Below are positions 11,578 to 25,945 of a DNA stretch of 64,000 nucleotides, piece after piece. Position 1 is the first letter of the stretch. The number at the start of each line of letters is the position of its first letter. The DNA is taken from positions 34,726,437 through 34,790,436 of the forward strand of contig NC_092672.1 in NCBI RefSeq assembly GCF_964355755.1. Direction: 5' to 3'. The DNA comes from Antedon mediterranea. Taxonomy: Eukaryota; Animalia; Echinodermata. The position numbers and the translations under genes are program-made. The notes under the pieces were generated by a model. That model worked only from the letters and a program-made list of their open reading frames with translations, did no database searches and was not told the DNA's origin.

Positions 11578-14133
11578 GTAAGGTATCATTTATTTATTGT
11601 TTTTTGTTGTTGTCTTTTGTGAGATTCACTCACTTTTATTTCATTCTTTACAATTGTTACAATAATCTATATCAATTTTGTTTCAGTAGAAAACTAAAGT
11701 TTATTTGGTTTTTCTTATTTTGAGTATTTTACATAATATATAAAAAGTTAAAGCATTTAAAAAATAGACAAAAGTTATATAAAAATATACATCACATAAT
11801 ATAGCTTTACAATTGCCTTTAGAACATCACAAAATAAAATTAAAAAAAAATTATTTATTGTTTATATTATATTAGTTATGATTTTAAAATAGCATAATTA
11901 TTTGTTAATTATGCAAGTTCTGTTCTACGTAATCTTATTTATATATATAATTTTTTTTAAAGTATTGTAGATAATGAAATATATTCGCATCTTATTTTTT
12001 CGTTAATGACTTTTTTTGATAATCCAATAAATATATTTAAATAATTATGTACAACTTACATTTTACACGATCTTGGCTGGTTAACTAAACACAGCTTAAT
12101 ATCATAAGTGAGTTAATGTAAACTTTAATAAAACAAAATTCGAATGTTTTAATTAAAATGTTATTAAATAAAATTAATGATTTTCATAACAACAACATAG
12201 ATTCACAAGCTAAACAGTAACAGTAACACAAGACAAAACACATTTGTCTTTTGCACCGTGTTGTGATGTCCTATGATATAATTATCATTGGCATAACATA
12301 ACAATTACTAAGTTTATATATGATTAATATATGGTATACAATAATTCGTATGCAGTATATAGGCCTAGAACGTTACTGATTGAACAGAATGCAAACAACA
12401 CTATGTTATCGCGTATATAAAACACATTTTTTATTGTCAGATAATATTTTTTAAGTTAGCAAAATGTTTCAATGGTTCGTTCACCTTTCGTTAACCTTAA
12501 ACAATTTTTTATATTAATTTTGAGGTTTGAAATGATTTATATTATATGTAATGTATATATAATGCGTGTTATAGCTGTGTATGTCTATCTATCACACCAT
12601 TGACTGTTGGAAATTTTTCATTATTTTGTAGCAGTCTGTTTTATAGAATGTAACGTGTTAATGGGTTGTATAGATTTGGGAAGTGGTGTGTTGAGAGGTA
12701 TCGTTTGTCGCTCGAAATTTGTGGCAATGGTGTTACTGTAATCGAAATTACGTTCGACATTGCAAACAGTGTACGGTATGAATTGGGTTAACGTTTGAAT
12801 TGGAAGTGGATAGGGTATGGGGATACCTGAACAACCCCCCCCCCCCCTCCCAAACTTTCTTACGTCGCTAGTATGAAGAAAACCGTATGTTCAGGTATTT
12901 TTCACCTAAGTGATTCTAGGAGACCACATTATGTGTTATGATACATAGGTATAGGTTAAAGCGGATACTTAGTGTTTTTATTATTTTTAAACAGAATTTG
13001 GCAGGCGTATAATTTCACATTGTCAAAATATGCCATTTACAAAGATATTAAGTGTAAAATAACCAGATCATTTTCCGACTGCCAACAGTACGCGCGTGTC
13101 GTTTAGTTTTTTCTTTAAAAACATTAGAAGTTAGTTAAAGGATAAGTGTAAAATGTGAGAAGTGAGTGTCGAAAGAGTGTGAGGTATAAACACTTATATA
13201 CAGCCAGGCTGTTAAATATCTCGGGTAATTATGACCAGATTCAAACCTGGTCATCTCAAATTTCAGGTAAAAATCAGCTAAGCAGAAGGATATGAATAGC
13301 TGTCACGCCTTCTCAAAGTCACTATGGAATTTAACGTCTTAAATGAGCTTAAAATGCGCAACATGATCTGTCGAAGTCATCGGTGTAGTGGTATCAACCG
13401 TCCTAGCCCAGACCCTGTATAAACAAAGCTACCTATTGTTACATATAACCACCTAGTATCACACTTCTTAATAAAATAGCCAAACTGCACCAGTCTATTC
13501 ATTTTCATATTAGTGTAATTTTGTTGAAATAACATTATTTCTTACACGTTTTGTACAATTAGCCCGGAGTCACCAACTTGAGTCTATCAGGGCTGGATTG
13601 GCTTTGTGTAGGGGGCGTCAGTGATCTCAAATACGCCTGTAGTCAACTTAGCCATTGAATAGTAACGGGGATAAAGCTTTTAATATCGTTACCACTTATG
13701 TTTGTTCTATACATCTATGATAGTATTTGTACAGTGCTCAACAATAACTAAGTTTCAGCGCTTAAGGTGGTGATTTCAATTCACCTAACAACCTATCTTA
13801 TGATCATTTACTTAAGTTAGTTTTTATAGCGATTAGCATGACTCTACACGGTAAAGTACAATAGCGTAGCATTTCTACTACGTTTATATTATATCGTTTT
13901 ACTATCGCACTAGAACAGCTTTAACAGGACGTATGCCTTGGGTTACACTTACTCTGTTTTCTTGGCTAATAAACTGGGGTTTTACGCAGACTTGTCGGCG
14001 CCAAAACAAAAACACAACCCTTTTCACCCAAAAGATCCATAATTTTCCCTTATTTTGATTGACGTGTTTTATTCGGAAAGCTTTATAGGGTTATATACCT
14101 ATAGTTTCGTTACAAAGATTTCTATTGTATCTT

Positions 14134-14383
14134 TTGATTTCAGTTATTTATTTTCCTTTGTTAATTGTCCTGTTATACCTTTCATTATACGTTTTTAATT
14201 TTCCAGAATTTATATTATATTTTCATCAATTTATTGTCGGCTTCTTTACAACACAAATGATTTCAGTTATTTATTTTCCTCTGTTAATTGTCCTGTTTTC
14301 TTTTTCATTATACCTTAATTTTCCAAAAATTTAAATTATGGTTTTATCAATTTGTTGTCGGATTCTTTATATAACACAAATGA
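14134..14383 (+). repeat. Local tandem duplication, about 124 bp x2
   Basis: tgatttcagttatttattttcct...acacaaatga occurs twice. Confidence 0.8.
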
Positions 14384-15149
14384 TATGGTACTATCAAATC
14401 AGGTATACCGGGGAATTAGAGTAAAATTGCAATTATTAATTTTAGTTAATTATTAGTAATTTCACTCTTCCGTGGATATACGGATGAACCACTACTACGT
14501 CCGAAATAAACCCATAGCATACATTCGTATCAAATTTGTTTAGTCGCTCACCATAAATACATTATTAAGTTAATTCATGACTTGGTCACTTTATTACGAT
14601 ACTCCTCAATAACGATAATAAAATGTTGTTAATAGACACAAAATATCGATTACAACATTTGATTTATTTTAATTGAATTTCCTTTCTTTTCTTCGTCAAT
14701 ACCACAATCTCTGCTCAGCTGAGTTTGTATTGTTTTCATATAATTTATTGCATGTGCTCCGTTTGAAATGCTCGCTGGAAGGTCGAACAAATCGTGTTTA
14801 ATTTCGACACATAAAACGTCTAATTTCACCTGGTACTTTTGTTTATGTTTTCTTTGTAAGATTTCTTTTCCTTCCTAAAACCACCCCCGTTGAGTTCTTA
14901 ACAATAGTTGTAAAATAATAACAAAAACGTTTTAAATTATAACAAAAACGTGTTTGTGTTTTAGTCTTCAATAGTAGAAACATAGTTGCTCACAAATGGA
15001 TGAATTGGATATCAAAATATAATTTCCTTGAAATTTTGAATTAATAACAATCAATATTGTGTACTTGCTACGTCCATATTCTGCTGATTACCCCACTTTT
15101 TAATATTTTAGGCCTACATACAAGAGGGTGATAGAACACCATATAAACC

Positions 15150-15505
15150 AGATTGAAATTTCAATCTCTTTTGATGCTTAAGATTGAAATCCCAGTCTTT
15201 CTTGATTTGTATTTTTTTATGCGTTGAAATCTCAGTCTTTAGTTTTAGTTCTTTAGGCCCTATATTATTTTATCATAGGTAAAATTGAAATTTTAATCTT
15301 TCTTGATCTGTAAGACTGAAATTCCAGTCTTTTTTATGCTTTGCAATCTCAGTCTTTCCTTATAGTTTATTTCTTTATATTATTTTATGGGTAAGATTGA
15401 AATTTCAGTCTTTCATGATACGTTAGATTGAAATCTCAGTTTTACTCGATACGTAAGATTGAAATCTCAGTTCTTCTTGATGTGTACGTAGGATTGAAAT
15501 CTCAT
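15150..15505 (+). repeat. Degenerate repeat of about 30 bp (aagattgaaatctcagtctttcttgat), about 10 copies
   Basis: The gattgaaat(c/t).cagtcttt core recurs. Confidence 0.8.
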
Positions 15506-16025
15506 TATGTTGATACAGATATATAAAATGTACCGGTAGGTCTAAGAAAAATGTAGCTTGACCTAAAAAAAAAGATTTGTCTTTTGAATATTATATCATA
15601 TGTACGTATAGTATTATTATATACAATTTTGTATTTGTTTAAAAATATATTGTTTCGTATATAAATTTTATATTAAAATTTTACTTAGTAAAATTTTTGG
15701 CTCAGTTTATTTGCATAAACGAATACGAAACGAACTTATGTAAATGACATAATAAATTGTTGCTACTCATATTATATAACTAAATATATGACTGGTAGCT
15801 ACAGACTATTACGTATCAGCTTATGGAAAAGCTAGTTGATAATTTAATCCGATGGTATATGTGAGAAATATTGAACTATGCATTATTATAATTTAAACGA
15901 TAAAATTCCTCTTAGAAATTCATCACCATTACTTCGAATCATTACCTTGTTGTTCGTTGATGACAACACAGTATCTGTGATTATAGTGACACATTTCTCA
16001 AATATCGTACCGATTCTTTCACGTT

Positions 16026-16074
16026 CGCGCCAAATCGTTCAGATCCGCGCCAAATCGTTCAAATCCGCGCCAAA
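16026..16074. repeat. 20-bp repeat x3, each copy carrying CGCGCCAAA (E2F consensus TTTGGCGCG)
   Basis: CGCGCCAAA at 16026, 16046 and 16066. Confidence 0.8.
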
Positions 16075-17658
16075 TCTTTCACATTTGTGATTCAATAAAT
16101 CGCTTTCGGACCAAGCCGTTGGCTGTGTGGCCATTAATACTATATTATCATAGAAATGTCAATCGTAATAACCACGTGTGGCCTGGGGTAATAAAAGTTG
16201 GTTTAAGCGAACAAGTTAGAACATTTGAGAATCGCAATGTGTATCTACGTTTTTCTACAACATTATTTCCCGCCATTTTATCGTGTAATATTTCGCCAAT
16301 TGTTTGCTTGTACGCGCAGCGATGTTCATATTATTACTCAATAATCCTGTTAGTATTTCTATGTTTCGTTTACAAATTCGATCAAACGTTGCGGGTTCCA
16401 CTTAGGAACTATCAATTTGCACGGTAGTGTAAATCGCTAATATTATTATCAGCTTGGGGACAAGTAGGCCTACGCTGTAAAATGTTTTGCTACATTGTAA
16501 TAATCAGATTAGGAAGTGGGTCCGATCGTTTAAAGCATTAATTCTCAATGATAAATTAACTTGATGTACTCAACACTATTAAGGCGCGCTGTACACTTTG
16601 TCCTCATTGCGCGCAGACGATATTTGCTTATGTCGCTTATTACATTATTGGCGCGTATTTTAACAGCCGACGGCAGCTAACAGTTAACTATTACAAGATA
16701 TGACGACTAATTTTCAATCAGCTGAACGAATATTTTGAAATGATTTTGTAAGTAAACATTATTGGGATGTTGTGATTCTTATTTAATGTAACATTCGATT
16801 GACTTCGGATGTAGACCAATTACGTTGTTTACTTAGACAAAACTTGTCATTTATAATTTTGTAAATAAAAAATGTCCCACGCTCATAATTTGATTTGGGT
16901 TGTCTATATTTTTTAATATTACATAACAATAATTAACTAATTTATAAAAAGTGAGAGGCACATCTTTACTTAATAAATGTTATCATTTCATTCATTCATT
17001 TTATTTGGTAAAAAATCATTTTCAACAATATACAAGACAATAATACAATAAAACACAATAGTTTGTTTAACAATGAAATAAGTGCAAAACTACTCTAATA
17101 AAAAAAAATGATTGTGGATTATGCTCTGTTGAAATGCCTAAAATTAACAAGAAAGAACATTTTTTTTAAATGTTTCATGTTTAAAACAACAATAAAAGGA
17201 TGAAATAGAAAACAACGTGATACATCGCAAAGGCCTAATTCTAATTATAATATCATTAATTTTGTACGATTATTTTATATTTTTATTCAATTATAAATTT
17301 TCGAATATTCCATTGTCTTATTGAATAATTGATATCGCTGTGTACGCGCGCGAGTCTCTCCTGAATTCCGTCTTATTAAAATGCCATTTGCGGACTTCGT
17401 CGATCAAATACGTTTCAAATCACCAAGATGAAATATTATTTTAGTTCATGTTTATTAATAAAAATAATTAATGATAATATTAATAATAATAATTGTATGT
17501 ATACGAATTAGCCTATATTAATAATAATCCTACACAGTCCTACTTATAAATAACGAAATATTATTTATTATAATATAATTATTATTTATTATAATCGTTA
17601 ATGTATTACCTTATAAAAATAAACGATATAAATTAAACGATATATAGCTGTTAACGAA

Positions 17659-18236
17659 GTATACAGTAATTACCGTACTGTTCGGCAAATCTTAATAACA
17701 CACGTGGTATATATTATACTTCTTGTATATTACACGAATGTTACACGCGTGTTACACGCGAGTACACATAAAAAAGTATACAGGAAGTACCATACTGTTC
17801 GACAAATCTAAATAACACACGTGGTATATGCCTGTATATTACACTAATGTTACACGCGTGTCACACGCGAGTTACACTTCATAAAACATCCCATCGACAC
17901 ATATCTAATTTACTTTGAATTAGAAGAAAACGGATGATTATTATTTTAGAAAACAGATGCCATGCGTTGGTTGGTGTAATTCTCTTCATATTCCCAACCA
18001 AAATCTCTTCGATGTGCTAAATTATGAAAAGCTCTCTCGATTTACACGCGTGTCACACGCGAGTTACACATCATAAAACATCCCATCGACACATATAATT
18101 TACTTTGAATTAGAAGAAAACGGATATGATTATTACTTTAGAAAACAGATGCCATGCATTGGTTGGTGTAATCTCTCTTCATTTTCTAAACCAAAGTCGC
18201 TTCGATTTGTTACAATATGAAAAGCTCTCTCGATTT
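17659..18236 (+). repeat. Two overlapping tandem duplications (about 115 bp x2 and about 192 bp x2)
   Basis: A shared ttacacgcgtgt(c/t)acacgcgag core occurs three times; cataaaacatcccatcgacac...gaaaagctctctcgattt occurs twice. Confidence 0.85.
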
Positions 18237-18864
18237 CGAAGTGAGGTGTTAACACGAATGTTGCAGGCGACTCTTTGGCGACGTTGCCAAAATCTCGGCG
18301 ACAATTTACACAAAATGTGCGTTATTCATATCGAATTATTGTAAATACTACCGATATAAGAACACCGTTGATAATGTCTACATCCAGATTGAGAATCTCA
18401 TTTATAAGAAGATTGTCCAGAATTAAGTTGCTGTTTATTTTCTTGACCATTCACCTTTTGAATCGATGGCGTTCACATGATGTGATGTGGTGTGGTAAAG
18501 TAAAACAAAAAATAAAATATTACGTAATTAAACAAAAGGAAAACAAAAAGATAACTTAAAGTAAAAATAAAATACAATAGTTGTTCAAACAAATCATAGT
18601 TTTAAAATATTTACGAAATTAATTTGACAAAATAATAATAATACCGATATATCTATTTAAAATTCTTTAATGGTTTCTTCCATGCCGAGACAAAACACAT
18701 GACTTTGAATTTACGTTTGTGTATTAGATTGGGCCTCTGAAGTAGATTTAATAAATTTACATATTTTATATATTTCGATTTACCCGATTTCGTTATTGAC
18801 AGATTTTCTATTTCTGTTTTTAATAATCATCATTTATTAATTTTAAAAATAATGATGATTATAA

Positions 18865-18977
18865 GAAGTGAGAAATAGTGAAGAGATGCTGGATAGACCA
18901 AGATGAAGAAAGACGCTAGCACCACTTACAGGCGAAAGAAAGCCTACCTAGGAGATGAAGATTGAATGAATGAATGA
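18865..18977 (+). mobile_element. 5'-truncated RTE-like LINE 3' end
   Basis: Translates ..EEMLDRPR*RK.. (the RTE C-terminal DRxxWR motif with W mutated to stop), followed by a (TGAA)n tail. Confidence 0.45.
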
Positions 18978-19760
18978 TTATTAAAAACAACATACATCTG
19001 TCTTATAATAATATTATATATTAATTTAACGAAACGAAACCTATGTTTTTTTCTAAACTATTGAACATCAAATGCTTCCTCCAATCTCCCCTTTCCCATT
19101 CGTTCTTTATTATCATTTAAAATAAAAATCTTATTATATTGACTTAGTACCGCAATATCGAAAAACATTAAAAACGATTTATTTACACCAAAATATAAAT
19201 GTGAATATCCAAAATGTAGTTGTAAATATTGGTCTGCGGAGATTTGATTGTAAATTCATCTAGACACGGAATAATGTCTAAAGTCATAAAAGCATCGTTA
19301 GGTCTATAACCAATTCAACTCGAGTAGTAACAGAATAATTATATTCGTTTATTCATAGGCGATAATGATCTGCCTTTATTATTATCTATCGTGTATTTTT
19401 GTTTATAAAATATCTGTATTTTGTACTAAATTTAAACAGACGTTTTTTATTTATTGTTATTATTATTTTATACTCATCCAATTACAAGACAGACAAACTA
19501 TTTTATAATTTATAATTATTAGTTTTATTTATATGATGTTATATTTTTTTATGGATACTAATTTTATAAAATTTCGATGTGATTTCGTTTCGGTAAACTT
19601 AGATTTTAATTTAAGTTCGTGTATAAGTAATATTTTAGTTTTCGTATGCACAATAAACATGATGGATAAATTCAAATTTTGCATACAATTAAAATGTGAA
19701 TAGATAGATGAATTGAGATATCGTATAAAATTCGAGTATTACTTATTATTAGGACTGTTA

Positions 19761-19939
19761 AGCGTGGTTCCCACTGGCCACACAACACAAGGACGTAACG
19801 CAACGCAAGTGAATTGACCAATCACAAGCGATGGCTTATTCGCTTGTGATTGCTAACTGTCTATAACTTCGCTTGTCATTGGTTAAAACGCTTGCGTTGC
19901 GTTTACGTCCTTGCGTTACGTTCTAGTGGGAACCAAGCT
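19761..19939 (-). mobile_element. MITE-B, full copy, inverted
   Basis: Reverse complement of 7789-7967 with few differences; TTA..TTA TSD. Confidence 0.9.
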
Positions 19940-20098
19940 TTAGATACATATTTGTAGCTAACGAATTAAATATAAACTCACTCCCAGTGATATTATTGGA
20001 AAAATGAATAAGCATAATAAAGGAAAACAAATTGTTATTTTATAAGAAGAATATTATTTTAATTTGAGACATTGTTTATTTACCATGGGTTTCAAATT

Positions 20099-20420
20099 GA
20101 GGGCGTGTGGCGCAGTGTGTTGGACGTTGGACTACCGATCGTCAGACCTAGGTTCGAATCCAACTCTCGCCGCATTGCTTGTATCCGTAGGCAAGATACT
20201 TTACTTACGTTGCCTCTCTCCACCCAGGTGTATAAATGGGTACCCAGTTAGATCTAGACACAACTTTGCGCTGGTTACCGGCTGCATTATGGGAGTATGT
20301 TTCCATACGTGTTTGATCCCAAAAAAAAATACTGGGGTAATAATCCTTGTAAAGCGCCCTTGAGCATGATTACTCATGAAAAGGGCGCTATATAAATGTG
20401 GTATTATTATTATTATTATT
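20099..20420 (+). mobile_element. Full-length tRNA-derived SINE with CORE-like centre and L2/MIR-like tail
   Basis: A box TGGCGCAGTG, B box GGTTCGAATCC, core ggcaagatacttt...ctctccacccaggtgtataaatgggtacc, tail tgtaaagcgccctt..aagggcgctatataaatg followed by (TAT)n. Confidence 0.85.
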
Positions 20421-23400
20421 AAATGCACATATTAGATTTAAAAAAATTTTTTTTAAACAAACGATCAGCCTACATGTTTGATTGAACACTGATTTAAGTT
20501 TATTAACTTATTAATCAAGTGAATTAAGCTTACAATCTTACCAGGAAAGAGTGAATTTTTACTCTTCTGTAATCTTAACAATGATTTCATTGTGTCAATC
20601 TTTTGTTATTACCGTATCAAATTGTCACCTGCATTCGTCAAAATACAGTCCCTAAACAAGTAGGTTACCACAGTACTATATTTATCGCATTAGTAAAGTC
20701 AACGTTGACTTCAATGAATAACAAAAAAATAAATGTGTTTTAGCCATACACCCGACGTGCGCGTAAACGAGCCAACCCGTTGAAACACACACCCCGATGG
20801 TTTCGCCTCGTCAACAGTCGGTCTAAACGGTCGAAGTGTCAACTCTAGCGATGTACTTAACACTCCAATGTACGCCTCTACACTGCTCTGTTTTCACGTT
20901 GATTGTTTGGGGAGTAGATGGGGTTTTTGTGATATTTCTCACTGACATCACACCCGTTAGCTAGTCTACATGTGATAAATAGTTAATACATAGTGTTGAA
21001 ATTGTCATACTTATTTAGTATAAGCATTAACTCTGAAATCAGAAGCGTAAATGGTGCATTAGTCAGCGATTTGATCTCCTTTTGTGAATCATATAAGAGA
21101 AAATAATGGACGAGGAATTTGTCTTACCACTTACCGTTATATTTAGATTACCTATTTTTTTTATAATCGTTTACCAAAACTCAAATGACATTTTGGAAAA
21201 AGATGATCCTAGTTTCATTCAAGTTTCAGTCAACATTTATTTAGAAAGAAGTAAAAGAAGCATACGTTTACAATAACTTATATGGTAATTAAGTAAGAAC
21301 TGTTTCTGGGATTATTTTCTAGTTAGACCTTATATTATGATAAATTTAGCTGATTTTTAACACCTGGTTCCTTTACTAATTTTTTTTTTTGCGTGTTCGA
21401 CGTATTTATATTTTGTTGTATTCTTAATTTAACGAAACGAATCTAGAATTTATACGCATGCGTTGTAAACTATTTTACCGATATTTTACGCGCGCGTAAA
21501 ACGTACGGTATAAATAACGCTGACTTATAGTTATACTGTACTCGTAATCCGTCATAAAATGTAGGACGCGTACGTTTGTGTATAAAGGTTTTTATTATAT
21601 TTCCATGGTTTGTGTATGTAGGTTTAGTATATCGACATGAAGGGAGAATTAGGGTACGGTACCTAGATTCAAATATCGTGATGTTCAATCGGTTTTTATA
21701 ACTGAACTATTTATTGCAACAGTTATCGATCAATTTAAACAATAAAACTGCTTCATCTTCTGTAATCCACTTTGAATTGTACGATGATTAAATGAAGCGG
21801 AAGGGTTGTTTCAATCACGGTAGGCCTCATATGGTCTATTCACATACAGTGGCATAAAGCACCCACATTGATTGTTAGATATTTCCCACGCAAAACTCTA
21901 TGCTATCGACGCCTCCACATGGCCACTATTGATTGTGTGTAAACATCCACCCTGTAAATCGACTACACAAACACATGGGCATGTTCTCTTGTGTGCTCAT
22001 ACGGCTTTAAAACAATGCGGTTGTATCACCAGTAAATATAAACTATAACATTTATATCTTTATGAAAGCACTGTGTTGTTTGTAGATCGCTCAAACAATA
22101 GGTTGTTGATTGATATTATTTTGAAGTGATTTAAACGAATATGTAACTGTTTGTTATCAGGGATAATGATCGTGTATACTTGTTGATGAATCTAATGTGT
22201 TATATTATCGAATCAGCCGTGTTTCATTTGTCTTCTCGTGTTGACAGTAGTCCGATCAAACCTTGTTTGTTAAATCTTAATCCACCTATTATCTTCATCA
22301 ATTTTAAATACTCCTTTAGCACCTCATACTTCCCTGTTTAGCATTTTTGTTGTTGTTTGTTTGTGTGTGGTTTTGTTATCATTGGTTTCGTCAAATACAT
22401 TATGACAATTTACGCCATCATATTATACTTATAGGCCTATAACACAATTCAACAATGTTAATATACCGTAGTAAATACGGATAATACAATATAATTGAAA
22501 TACGATTGATTACTATTTAGTTAGTAGGATGAAACACGAGCGAAGATGACATAAAAAGCAAGGAAAACACTACATGAAACTACATGTGAATAAAAGTAGA
22601 ATCGAATGTATGATTACCAGTAAAATGTATTTAGTATTGTATGCTTAATCAACACCATAACATTGATCTCGACGTTAAAAAAAAAACAATCTTAACCCTA
22701 GACCTACTTAACCAATAAGCAGTGCACTTTACTACCGTATCATGTGTTTCGGAACTTTTAAGGTATATCGGGTAACTAAAATTGAAATACATAACTCACG
22801 ATTATGATCTATAAAAGGATAGAAGCCCGTACTTAATCGATTTCAACCAATGGTGGAACGCGTGCAGCGCGTTGCTAACTGGACGCGGACACCAGGGTAA
22901 CGATTGTTACCCAATCAGCGTTCCAGTTGTCAGCGCTTAAACAATGAACGCGATTTCCGAATCATTAAATAGCAATACAGCGATTTATATACGTATGGGA
23001 GTGTAAGTAGTTAAACCCGATCAACATTGAAATTGTATATCGTTATACGTGTGTTAAATATTAATATCACAGACAAAAATTAGTAAATCAAACCAATGTA
23101 ACTTAGAATGAAAGTTGGTTGTCTGCACCTGCGCATCATTAAAAGAACTGTTGATCATGGACGATACTAAAACAGTGTACCATGCATCCTAAAGTAGGCC
23201 TATTTGTAATGGAAATTAACAAATTTGAAATGAATAGATAAAGTGGATCTTTGATAAATTTCGTTTTACATTCTGTCAGGTAAACAGTTACATTTTTTAG
23301 ACATTTGAATTTTGCTTACGCGTATTATTCCAATATTAGCCAATCAGAAACCCGCATTTTTTGCGTTGCGTGTGCGTATTATATTGCGTACAATTATTAG

Positions 23401-25150
23401 CCAATTGCATTTATTTCCTTAGAATTTGTCTATGTAGGCTACCCAGGTAGATGGGTCAAAGCATCTTGATCAGCAAACTGTATTTTATGTAAGTTAGCAG
23501 AAGTCTTTAAAGTCATACCGTAGCCATTACCAAAAGAGATATAAAACCAGTGTTGCTCAACAACATAACACTAGTATATGCAAAGTATACAATATACTTC
23601 ATTAATGGACTAACTAATTAGGCATGAAATTACCATTATCAGAAACAAAGTAGAGAAGATAAAAACATCAACTACATCGCAACTTCAAACGCCAACTCTG
23701 TCTCCACAATCTTCCATAATAATAATACATTCGTATTATAATTGTCATTGTTTTTTTTCTCGAAGAAATTTTATGTAAAGGGTAATAAGACACATTAAAA
23801 TTGTGCAGTGTGTTTCTGCCTCATAGAGCACATAATGCAGACTTCTTTTGATAATGTTGATAATTATGATGAAGACTCTCAAACAAAAGCATTATCAAAA
23901 TCGTCTGCTTCATTAAGAAATGTTTTTCTTTTAACTACGGTATATCGTCCTACAGAAAGTGTCATGCTTATTTAGAGAACATTCGAAAATTATCACCTCA
24001 AAATGCTATTATAAAATAATTCACAATTCCAAACATGAATTCATATTTGGGGAAATAAATATTAATAATAGATTGTATGATTATGCTATTTAATTTTGTT
24101 ATTGAAAAATAATCGAGTGTTAAATAGAACGCTATGTTGTGAGGAGATGAACGTAAGGAATGCATATCAATTTCATTGAATCAGACGATGAAATATTTAC
24201 GACGCGCAGTAACATTCCCGCCAATATGAAAAATTGATTATTACAATTTTGTAGCGATCTTAATCAAAATTACGTCACTCTCGATTTGAAAAAGAAAAAT
24301 CAAAATTGTTAGAAAATATAACTACGTATAAATTCTGTAACAATCAAAATAAATTATAACTAAAATAGTTTGTTGGACGAGGCTGTGAGGCAGACTATTG
24401 TGGTCGCATAGATTTTTTAACCATCTTTATGCTCGGATGGTTTTCTAGCGAGGCGGAACCGAGGCAAACGCAATTTATCTTCTAATTTTGCCATATTGCA
24501 ATTCGCAAACAGACGCTTTGGCGCAATTGCAAAGTCCTCTGAGACCCATCTTAAGACATGGTTTGCATAGCAAGTTATCAACATCTCTTTTTGACGTCTT
24601 TCTATGGATTCTTTATTCCCATTTATCATGCATTTTCATAATTTTCAAAATATTGTAACCGAGATGAAGTCAATAAAATGTTCATTCACCAGGCATATTA
24701 TTTTCATAAATCTTCAATCAGTTTCACGGTAATCCAACAAAATGAATTTACGACGTAACAACAACAGAGCCAGCAATCACCGTTGTGTACTACTCCAGTC
24801 TCAGTGGTCGTATCGTATACGCTAATAATTACCACCGATAGAATTATATTAATAAACAAACCAATAGACTGGACAAATGCTTTCGGAAATTGAATTTTTA
24901 TTGCAGTGATTTGAAAATTGCTATACATTCAATAAGCATCAATGATATAGTGCTTTCGATTTGCAAGAAAATATGTATTTTTGAAAACTTACAATTAATG
25001 TATATGTAAATAATAATAAAACTTAAAATTACTTGTTTAAGTTTCAGTAAATAATAATAAAATATAAACAAATAAAAATCGTTTCACAATACATAAATGT
25101 CGTCATTAATGAATATCTGTTTGAATAGATTGTTCTAGCATGTCGTCTAA

Positions 25151-25316
25151 AGCTCTGTCTACACTATCAAACTAGTTTGACAAAAATTGTGACGTGCCCA
25201 AAATATGGTAGTGATATGCCCAAATATGGTAGTGATATGACAATCATCATTTCCATATATGGGCACATCACATATTTTTCACACATCACATAAAGTTTGA
25301 TTGTTTTGACAGAGCT
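25151..25316 (-). mobile_element. MITE-A, full copy, inverted
   Basis: TIRs, TAA..TAA, internal sequence reversed. Confidence 0.9.
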
Positions 25317-25803
25317 TAAGATTGAACTACGTTAAAAAATAAATTTGATTTAAAAGCTTTAAAAGAAAACATAACATAACACAATTTATATTTTATTATT
25401 TCTAGATTTTGGAAATTGTGTACATTTTCCCCTAAGTATTTGCTATTTAGTTGTGATATTTTATCAGGAATTTATTTAACTGGCTGTTTAATCTTGCGAT
25501 ACTTGATGATTTGATTATAATCTAATTTGATAAAGATATTGATTATGTTTAACTTTCAAAAGAACTACATCTTTCGACAAACGCTCGCATTACTTGATGT
25601 TTTATCGAATCATCGTTTCGGGTTCATTTCAAGCGGAAGATAAAAATTAAATTTCGAATCAAGGAGCATTATTTAAATGGTACAGAAGCTTGGTGTTTGA
25701 ATTGCTTGCTTACTATTCCCAGTGTATTGGGTTCATGTCCTTACATGGGTCATACCAGAATATTCTTATGTCCGCACGAATCATACATGTCATGTGTTTA
25801 TTA

Positions 25804-25945
25804 ACGCGTTTTAATACCAATATTTGCGTTTTTACCTGTGTTTGGCTGACGCGTTTTAATACCAATATTTGCGTTTTTACTTGTCCCTTGCTGACGCGTT
25901 TTACCGACATCCTTTTACCTTCGTAAAATCAATTCTGACGCTTTT
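25804..25945 (+). repeat. Tandem repeat of about 45 bp, 2-3 copies
   Basis: acgcgttttaataccaatatttgcgtttttac is repeated. Confidence 0.8.

Noticed and set aside
20099-20172. tRNA gene
   Set aside because: A and B boxes are present, but the sequence continues into a SINE core and tail and has no clean cloverleaf.
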